Shown here one piece after another: positions 24,787-32,992 of a stretch of 32,992 nucleotides of DNA (its first letter is position 1; every line of letters starts with the position of its first letter). Origin of the DNA: Chiloscyllium plagiosum (Eukaryota); contig NC_057751.1 of NCBI RefSeq assembly GCF_004010195.1, forward strand, positions 17,389,960 through 17,422,951, in the 5' to 3' direction. A program made the position numbers and the translations under genes. The notes beneath the pieces were generated by a model. It worked only from the letters and a program-made list of their open reading frames with translations. It searched no databases and was not told where the DNA came from.

Positions 24787-24800
24787 AAATATTAACTATG
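24787..24800 (+). repeat. Left copy of the 14-bp target-site duplication AAATATTAACTATG
   Basis: Identical to 27627-27640; the two copies bracket the PLE structure exactly. Confidence 0.85.
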
Positions 24801-24835
24801 TTGTGGTTTTGTTCGCCGAGCTGGGAATTTGTATT

Positions 24836-24875
24836 GCAGACGTTTCGTCCCCTGTCTAGGTGACATCCTCCGTGC
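24836..24875 (-). ncRNA. Hammerhead motif with core substitution (CGGAGGA)
   Basis: Identical to 9154-9193 except U4>G. Confidence 0.55.
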
Positions 24876-27520
24876 TTGGGAGCCTCCTGTGAAGCGCTTC
24901 CGTGATCTTTCCTCTGGCATTGGTAGTGGTTTGAATCTGTCGCTTCCGGTTGTCAGTTCCAGCTGTCCGCTGCAGTGGCCGGTATATTGGGTCTCGGTCG
25001 ATGTGCTTATTGATTGAATCTGTGGATGAGTGCCATGCCTCTAGGAATTCCTTGGCTGTTCTCTGTTTGGCTTGTCCTATAATAGTGTTGTCCCAGTCGA
25101 ACTCATGTTGCTTGTCATCTGCGTGTTTGGCTACTAAGGATAGCTGTTCGTGTCGTTTCATGGCTAGTTGGTGTTCATGGATGCGGATCGTTCAGCTGTC
25201 TTCCTGTTTGCCCGATGGAGTGGGATTTTGTACACTACATTGGTTTTGCTCATGCTCGGTATTGGGTCCTTCGTTCTGGTGAGTTGTTGTCTGAGAGTGG
25301 CTGTTGGTTTGTGTGCTGTTATGAGTCCTAGTGGTCGCAGTAGTATGGCTGTCAGTTCGGAAATGTTCTTGATGTATGGTAATGTGGCTATCCCTTTGGG
25401 TTGCGGCATGTCCTCGTTCCATTGTCTTTCCCTTAGGCATCTGTTAATCAAATTGCTGGGGTATCCNNNNNNNNNNNNNNNNNNNNNNNNNNNNNNNNNN
25501 NNNNNNNNNNNNNNNNNNNNNNNNNNNNNNNNNNNNNNNNNNNNNNNNNNNNNNNNNNNNNNNNNNNNNNNNNNTGTGGTGAATTCTCCATTCGGTGTTC
25601 TCTGTACCATCACGTCTAGGAATGGGAGTTGGTTGTCCTATTCTGCCTCTCTAGTGAATAGGATTCCTGTGAGTGTGGCATTGATGATCTGGTGTGTGTT
25701 CTCTATTTTTGTGTTTTTAATGTTACAAAGGTGTCATCCACATATCTGACCCAGAGTTTGGTTTGAATTTGAGGTAAGACTGTTTGTTCTAATCTTTGCA
25801 TTACCGCTTCTGCTAGGAAGACAGCACACTTCCTAGCAGCACTAGAATGCACACTCAGGAACAATGGACTGACAGAAGAGACACAACAAACAGTGAGACA
25901 AAGTATTGTACCTCTGATAACAAGAAAAAGACAAACACATAACCTCAAAACCAAGGAGAGGGAAGCACTAAAATCACTATGAAACGATAAGAACATACTC
26001 ATACTGCCAGCAGACAAAGGTGGAATGACGGTCATCCTGGACAAAACAGACTACATCCAAAAAGCTCAACAACTACCTGCAGATACCAACACCTACCAAA
26101 AGAGTGAGTTTGAACCCACGCCACAGCTCACCAATCGGATAAACAACACACTGAGGAACCTACAAAAAAAACGGACAGATAGCCAGGTTTGTCCTACAAA
26201 GAATGAAACCTGATAGCAACAACACTCCCAGATTCTATGGACTACCAAAGTGCACAAACCAGACATCCCACTCAGAAACATAGTATCACTACCAGGGACA
26301 CCATCACACAAACTGGCTAAAGAACTACAACAGAAACTGAAACACCTGATCAGCGGATCCAGACACTCGATACAGTCAACACAGGAATACTTGGACATCA
26401 CCAGAAATATACACATAGACAAGGAAAAAAGCATGGTCTCATTCGATGTAACGACACTGTTACCTCTATCGACAAAACCCTAGCCAGAGAAACAATAGCC
26501 AACCTGCTGGACATACAGAACAGACAACAGGACATTGAACCTATCAACAAAGATGGCATACTCAAACTACTGGACCCATGCCTCACAACACACTTCACAT
26601 TCAACAACCAAATATATGAACAAATCAACGGCACACCCAGGGGCTCGCCCATCTCTGGAGTCATAGCAGAAGCGGTAATGCAAAGATTAGAAGAAACAGT
26701 CTTACCGCAAATTCAACCCAAACTCTGGGTCAGATATGTGGTGACACCTTTGTAATCATTAAGAACACAGAAATAAAGAACACACACCGGATCATCAACG
26801 CCACACTCACAGGAATCCGATTCACTAGAGAGGAAGAAAAGGATAACCAACTCCCATTCCTAGACGTGAGGGTACAGAGAACACCTAACGGATAATTCAC
26901 CACAAAGGTATACAGGAAAGCCACACACACAGACCAAGNNNNNNNNNNNNNNNNNNNNNNNNNNNNNNNNNNNNNNNNNNNNNNNNNNNNNNNNNNNNNN
27001 NNNNNNNNNNNNNNNNNNNNNNNNNNNNNNNNNNNNNNNCACTAGGACTCATAACAGCACACAAACCAACAGCCACTCTCAGACAACAACTCACCAGAAC
27101 GAAGGACCCAATACCCAGCATGAGCAAAACCAATGTAGTGTACAACATCCCATGCAAGGACGGCACAAAACACTACATAGGACAAACAGGAAGACAGCTA
27201 ACACTCCGCATCCATGAACACCAACATAGCCACGAAACGACATGAACATCTATCCTTAGTAGCCACACACGCAGATGACAAGCAATATGAGTTCGACTGG
27301 GACAACACTGCTTTTATAGGACAAGCCAAACAGAGAACAGCCAGGGAATTCCTAGAGGTATGGCACTCATCCACAGATTCAATCAATAAGCACATCGACC
27401 TGGACTCAATATACCGACCACTGCAGCGGACAGTTGGAACTGACAACTGGAAGCGGCAGATTCAAACCACTACAAATGCCAGAGGAAAGATCACGGAAGC
27501 GCTTCACAGGAGGCTCCCAA

Positions 27521-27560
27521 GCACGGAGGATGTCACCTAGACAGGGGACGAAACGTCTGC
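27521..27560 (+). ncRNA. Hammerhead motif with core substitution (CGGAGGA)
   Basis: gcacggaggatgtcacctagacaggggacgaaacgtctgc; the PLE ORF stop (EDVT*) falls at the stem II arm/loop. Confidence 0.55.
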
Positions 27561-27626
27561 AATACAAATTCCCAACTCGGAGAACAGAACCACAACTACG
27601 AGCACCCGAGCTTCAAATTTTCTCGC

Positions 27627-27640
27627 AAATATTAACTATG
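27627..27640 (+). repeat. Right copy of the 14-bp target-site duplication AAATATTAACTATG
   Basis: Identical to 24787-24800. Confidence 0.85.
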
Positions 27641-28162
27641 GTTTTTGCTCGAAGTGTCGTCCGAGTTGCTTGGCTGCTCTAATGGTTTCTGCATGTTCTT
27701 GAAAAGAATGAAATGCGACCTCAGAACATGTGGTCATGGCTGAGCGATAAGGCGTGACATGCCAGATATGTGAGCCAATGCATTTTGGAAATGGATAAAA
27801 TCTAAGACATATTTCCCCATGTAATTACGCGATTGAACTAATTGTTAAGCAATGATGTTTGCAGTGAAAACAAAGATTATAGATTCACTCGATGAAATAC
27901 ATCAACCGTATTGATATGAAGCCAGTTGATCTAAGGATACTAAGTCAGTGAGTACTCAATAAGACTCTCAGAGAGCGAGAATTACAGATGAAACCGTCGG
28001 TCATAGAGGTAGACTAGAAACAGCATAAGTAAGACAGTAAATTTCAAGCACTGTCAAACTCTTATCAAAGGTTTGCAGAATGAACAACAGGCAAGAAATG
28101 AAACTACAGCAATAGGGGTTGCAGAGTAAGTATCGCATTTTATTGAAATATCCAGGACTTAC

Positions 28163-28421
28163 CAGGGACTGCAACAATAGCGAGAATCGGATAATAAATG
28201 AATTGGATAATCCGAAGTACCATCCGAATGTCTTGTTTTACTGGATTCCGATGATTGGTGGAAAAATAACTCAACATTTCAAAGAAACCCCTCCCCATTG
28301 TTACACCATTCCAATCTGTTGCTCTCACAATTTGAACCATTGCCGTTACATTCCATTCTGTTGTAACATTCCAATCTATTTTTGTACCATTCCAAACAAT
28401 TGGTCTGAATTTCCAATGCAT
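28163..28421 (-). CDS. GPR139-like GPCR coding exon 1 (repetitive glycosylated N-terminus and first part of TM1)
   Basis: MHWKFRP...RIIQFIYYPILAIVAVP followed by G|GTAAGT donor (28162-28157). Phase 1 matches exon 2 (G+CT=Ala, giving VAVPANVVTVVILSR). ATG has A at -3. Confidence 0.88.
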
Positions 28422-28522
28422 TGTCGTACTTTTCAATGTATTGTTTTTGGATTCGAATCCAATGTTCTATCAGTCCAATCTATGGTCAGACTCCAGTATA
28501 TTGTTTCATCATTCTAATGCAT
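28298..28522 (-). repeat. Degenerate 18-21 bp tandem repeat, about 11 units (consensus peptide [MI]-D/H-W-N-x-T-T)
   Basis: Recurrent (A)ATAGATTGGAAT..ACA / ATGCATTGGAAA units on the minus strand. Confidence 0.75.
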
Positions 28523-28555
28523 TAGTCTCCAATAGCAAAATAGATCTCCCTTATT

Positions 28556-28635
28556 TTCTCTCTTTCTCTCTGGCCTCTCCCTCTGCCTCTCTGCCTCTGT
28601 CCGTCTGTCTCTGTGTGTGTGTCTCTCTCTCTTTG
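28556..28635. repeat. CT/GT-rich low-complexity microsatellite just upstream of GPCR exon 1
   Basis: tctctctttctctctggcctctccctctgcc...tgtgtgtgtgtctctctctct. Confidence 0.8.
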
Positions 28636-29229
28636 TGCTGAGGATGTTGCTCCAACGGACATTATGAGATAACACATCGATTGATGTCCCTTACTAATAT
28701 ATGTAGTGCACATTGCTGCGACACAATTAGGATCCACCGGGACTGGCATTGGAAATAGTTACTGAACGAAAGCGTTCAATTAAGTCCTTTCAAATCAACT
28801 CCCGCTGTGCCAGAATAGAATGATGTGTTTACCCAAGTGACATAGGAGCTTGTCTGTGGAAAGAGTGATGTGATTAAAGAATGCACTGACTGTAAAACTG
28901 GAATAGGGCGACAACTTGAGCATTAGAAGTGTTGAGCGCGCTTTTAGAAAGTGAATGAATATGCCATTTAAACGGAGGCCAGCGTGCAAATTGAAAACCA
29001 AAGCTTTAGGTGCCTGAAGAAACATGAGGCGTGGCACAGTGGACGAGCTGATGAAAAAAAAAAGTGTAGAGCAGTTGTTCACACAACAAAGAGAGGAGTA
29101 GTGTATTTAGTCACATTATGCTATCGGTGACATCGGAATTCCTCCGCTGTTCCTTCACATGGTCGCTTAGTACATACCTACATGACTTGACATCGTTACT
29201 AACTGTGAAAATCTCTGACTTGATGATGG

Positions 29230-29720
29230 AGCCGCCACAATATTCTGGGGCAGCGAATTTCAAAGATTCATTATCCTCTGCATCAAAACATTCCTTGTCA
29301 TCTCATGCCGATATTGTTTCCCTTGATCCTGAAATGTTTCTTGAGTGCAAGCCCACACAAGTGGCTACACATTAACCTTGCACTTTCTGTCTCTTTAAAA
29401 CCATTGAATTTTCTTGGATGTTCTGAATTTTTTCTAATTCCAAATATTCCCGCTTCCCCATCTTCAGGCAAGGGAACCAGAACTGCATATAATACTCCAG
29501 TTGCAGTCTCAGCACAATTCACTTCAATTAAGACGTCTTTGCTTATTTACTCCAATCCTGCCATGTTATAAGCCAACATGATGTCAACCTTCTGAACTGT
29601 TTGCTTTATGTGCAAGTTCACTTGCGATAAGACCACCAACTGTTTTGAACATAAACAGTTGATTGTTTGATTTCTCTTGATGTTTTGACTGGCAATGTCA
29701 CATCCCAAAATAAGAGCTTA
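29230..29720 (-). mobile_element. Old CR1 fragment
   Basis: gaatttcaaagattcatt and gggaaccagaactgcatataatactccagttgcagtctc (reverse of LRLQLEYYMQFWFP). Confidence 0.7.
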
Positions 29721-30001
29721 CATGATGGATAATATACAAACTGAAATGCTTGCTGATGCTGTAAATCAGAAAGAAAAAGACAAATTGCTGGAGAACAGTT
29801 GTCAGCAAGGGTCTCTCGAGCCGACATGTTAACTGATTTGTCTCCAAATTATAGGTTTCTTTTTTGTGCTTGGTTGCTTAACACAATGGTTATTCAATAA
29901 AAAGAAAATCCACATGAGCTGCAGCATTTCCTCAAATGCAGGACAGAAGGTTCTGATATAAAATGTAAAAACAGAAAAAATGTACCTTATTATAGAAGTA
30001 G

Positions 30002-30400
30002 CATAAGACCATAAGAAATACGAACACCCCAACCACCAACAAACACAGTATACCATAAATACTGATTCCTCTACTTCACAAAATCTATTTAAGACTTGAA
30101 GATACACAACAACACAACCGCTCCAGCTCTCTGAAACAAGGAGTTCCAAACCCTCACAACTTTCTAAGAGAAGAAATTCCTCCAGATCTCAGTCTTCACC
30201 TGAAAGCCCTTTATTCTGAGGTATTGCCCTCTAGCTCTGGACTTTCGCATGAGTGTAGATGCCCTCTCAGCAGCCCACCCAGTCCCTCATGTTGCCGCTT
30301 TCTGAAGTCTTTCTCCGTTTGCAAAGTACTGTTCAGCTGTTGACCCTTACAAACTGAACAGTTTCACATTTTCTCACAGTGGACTTCCATTTCAACGTGT
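30002..30400 (-). mobile_element. CR1 3' end relic
   Basis: cataagaccataagaaata tail; gagttccaaaccctcacaactttctaagagaagaaattcc; ttgccctctagctctggact. Confidence 0.7.
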
Positions 30401-30648
30401 CCCTGTCGATTTAGTCCGGGAAAGAGGATGGATTTAGCAAATTGGTAGGTAGTTCAATCCAGTATGGTTGAACAGTGGTGACGATTCCATTTACAATGCA
30501 GTGTCACCGACGAAAATTGTCCATTTTTGACGATTAGACTCAGCAGAATATTCTATGCATTGCAAAACAACGTTAGGGAAGAAATTGGATCATTTCTGAT
30601 CCCAGATTCGAACACTAAGTTTTTTCAGGTATGCAGGAGTCCTGAAAT

Positions 30649-31340
30649 TGTTATAAAATATAAAATAAAATAACTCTGCCTCTTCGACACATTAGGATAT
30701 AGACTAGGCACTAGACTACCTGATCTTACCCAACCAGGCATACCATTTGTTTAGTAAAACCATCAGATCTGCATCCATTATTGTCACTTTGAAAATGTTA
30801 CTTTGTCTTTAAATTTGTCTTGAAGAGAGGTAGAGGCACCGGGGAGTCGAGTGTGTTTAATACCTTACCAATGGAAAGAAAGTGATCAGTTTTCCCAGTT
30901 CAGATTTTTTTTTCTCTGCTTTGTATTAGCTGCAGCAGTCACAAAATTCTGGAGTCCATAAAAGTTTCCAAGTTTGGGCAGATGATTCCTGGCTGACTTT
31001 TCCCTCTGAAATATCTTGGAATGCTGTTCCCCTCTGCCGGTAGCACAATTTGCATTTTTGCCAAGGGCGTGTTTATGGACTGAATCTGGAATGGCTCCTG
31101 AGTTAATTTGCTCTATCGATTTTGTTAAGTTTTTCAATTGTTAATATTTTTTAAGATCTGTTTTCTTTTGTTCGTGTTTCAATTGTCGTGTTTCAATAAA
31201 TTCTGTTTTACTTGGCGTGGTTTTAACGGATGCATCACACGTGGAATATCCGCTACACATCTGCCTTTAAAGCAAGAACAATATTATGGTCTCGATTTCT
31301 TTCTTTAAATATTTAGGGGTGTCTGGCCTGGTCAATAACA
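30649..31340 (+). mobile_element. Probable solo LTR of the Gypsy family
   Basis: Candidate termini TGTTAT..ATAACA; AATAAA at about 31195; 3' 150 bp homologous to the other two LTRs; no TSD seen. Confidence 0.7.
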
Positions 31341-31344
31341 CGGT

Positions 31345-31600
31345 CCCATTCACCATACTGTGCAAAGGAAGCCAGATGCATCTCACTAATGTCGCGGAAT
31401 ACTGAAACATTACCTCCTTACTTTTGCACTCAGTTCCCTTTGTAACAAATGATAAAATTCTATGAGCTTTCTTGATTGCTTGCTGAAATTGTGTGCTAAC
31501 CTTCGTTGATTCTAACAGTGGAACTAACAGGTACCTCTGCATGTCAGAGCTCTATAACCACTCAACATTTCTAAAATATATTGATTTTGTTTATGCTGCA
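31345..31600 (-). mobile_element. CR1 RT fragment
   Basis: QQAIKKAHRILSFVTKGTECKSKEVMFQYSATLVR. Confidence 0.75.
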
Positions 31601-31939
31601 TCGCTGACATTTGTGTGAGGGAGTTGGATGCAAGTCCAATTGTGCATCCCATCCGAAAATCTCCCATTCTTCAGAGTCTCTCCGTTATTTTAGGGATGTG
31701 GTATTCTTTCAAAGACAAATGAGGCACTTGTCCACATCCTGCATGTGAACCATGGTTTGTCCTAGCAAAGAGAAGAACTCCGTAAATGCCTTTTTGTGTA
31801 TAGCACAGGCATGGTGGCTGAGATCCAAGATTTCTAGAGCTGACCTGACACAACTGAGAACATCTGTTCACTCCGATAAATATGAAGTGTTGCACTGAGA
31901 CATGAGATAAAGACAGGGTATATATGATGATCCATTTTT

Positions 31940-32992
31940 CCAGCAGAAGCGAGACCGTGAGAGCAAGGGCCGAGAGGTTGCTGGGAAGACAAATTCCTCC
32001 TTTAAATTCAAACGTTGTTAATCTGCGCCCTCTTTTTTTTGCAGGAGCAGTGAGAGCGAGGGTGAGTGCATTTCCGAAAAGGTAAATTCCTCCTTAAAAA
32101 GCTTACCTCGTGTATAGACGGGCACACGCTGATCTGCAGCGGAGACGGGACTGCTAAGTCAGTGAGAAAATATTTTTAGCCATAGCTTTACCTGAAACAT
32201 TACTTCGAGTCTCCCACGAGTCCTCCCACTCATACCAAAAAAGTGTTTCAGTGTGCCAATTCCGTAAGGTGTCTGGTTTTTTTTTCAATTGTCTGATCGG
32301 GAATTTAGATCAGTGGGAGTGTATGTTAGAGCCGTTGAATGCTGCTACTGTAGGATATGGCAGGGAAGTGTCACCACTTGTGTCCCCACTGACTTCACAT
32401 TCAGGAAGTGCACCAAACGCCAGCCCCTCGGAAACTGCATTATGGAAATGGAGCTGGAGCTGGAGCTGAACGAAGTTCTGATGATTGTGGAGGCCGAGGG
32501 AGTAACAGAGAGCGGTTACAGGGAGAAGTCTCGCCTCAGGTAAAGGTAAAATGTAGATTGGTTACGTCAGGGAATTCAAACGAAACAGATAAACAATACA
32601 GGGATCCTCTTTGGTTATTCCCCCCCAAAATAGGTCTATCGTTTTGACCGTTGCTGCAGAGGATGAGTACACGACATGGAGGAGCTGCTGAGTATAACTT
32701 GGGAACATTTGTTCTCCGGGAATTGCACGACAGAAGCGTGGGCGCTGTTTCAAGTGTAAATGTTGAAAGTGTTGGATAAGTTTGTCCCACTGAGAGTGGC
32801 AAGAAATTGTAAGGTTACTCGGTACGAGAAGAGCTGTTTATCATCAAGAGGAAGAAGGAAGCTTCCTTAAGATTGAGCGAGCAAGGATCTGACACAGCTT
32901 TAAAGGACTGCAATTTAGCTTGGAACTGAGGAATGTGAGGAAAGATCTCGAACATGCTTTGGCGGGAATTATTAAGGAAAACCCAAAAGCGT
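31940..32992 (+). mobile_element. CR1 5' region (5' UTR, ORF1 zinc finger/coiled coil) joined to an ORF2 tether fragment
   Basis: RAVECCYCRIW..FTFRKCTK..MEMELELELNEV..EAEGV, then an abrupt switch near 32690 to WEHLFSG..EAWALF..DKFVPL..IKRKKEA. Confidence 0.75.

Larger units (their letters stand above)
24801..27626. mobile_element. Inverted Penelope/Poseidon-type PLE insertion: minus arm 24801-25817, plus arm 25818-27626
   Basis: Plus arm: PRFYGLPKVHKPDIPLR, MVSFDV, QINGTPRGSPISG, frameshifted YVDD, VVYNIPCKDGTKHYIGQTGR. Minus arm: WVRYVDDTF through to the 3' end. Each arm contains an N gap. Confidence 0.93.

Noticed and set aside
25467..27039. Inverted PLE as a pure assembly artefact (N gaps in both arms)
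   Set aside because: The arms differ by substitutions and indels and are bounded by a TSD; still worth long-read confirmation
25818..27540. Active autonomous PLE
   Set aside because: 5'-truncated, with stops and frameshifts including one in YVDD
28298..28522. CRISPR-like array
   Set aside because: Contiguous degenerate coding minisatellite without unique spacers, in a eukaryotic context
29750..29960. Possible further PLE-end relic
   Set aside because: Too degenerate to assign or to fold into a hammerhead

Overview
Eukaryotic, repeat-dense vertebrate DNA, most likely from a shark or other elasmobranch (inferred from an HE1/V-SINE-type SINE, many CR1 LINE relics and a GPR139-like receptor). 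It holds one credible protein-coding gene, a two-exon class A GPCR on the minus strand. Exon 1 is 28421-28163, exon 2 is 19008-18107, the phase-1 intron is 9.15 kb, and the predicted protein is about 386 aa. Its extracellular N-terminus is built from a roughly 21-bp Trp/N-glycosylation tandem repeat whose first five units are now non-coding. Almost everything else I can identify is decayed retroelement: a Gmr1-type (IN-RT-RH) Gypsy remnant plus two related probable solo LTRs, many CR1 fragments, a tRNA-headed LINE, and two families of Penelope-like elements (PLEs). The PLE ends carry minimal hammerhead-ribozyme motifs, and one copy (9154-9193, minus) has an intact core. A 2.8-kb inverted PLE insertion in the GPCR intron keeps a 14-bp target-site duplication and a fold-back hairpin at its inversion junction. 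There are no prokaryotic features, and most ORFs in the track are spurious or TE-derived. Family names come from motif recognition, not database searches, and TE boundaries are approximate.
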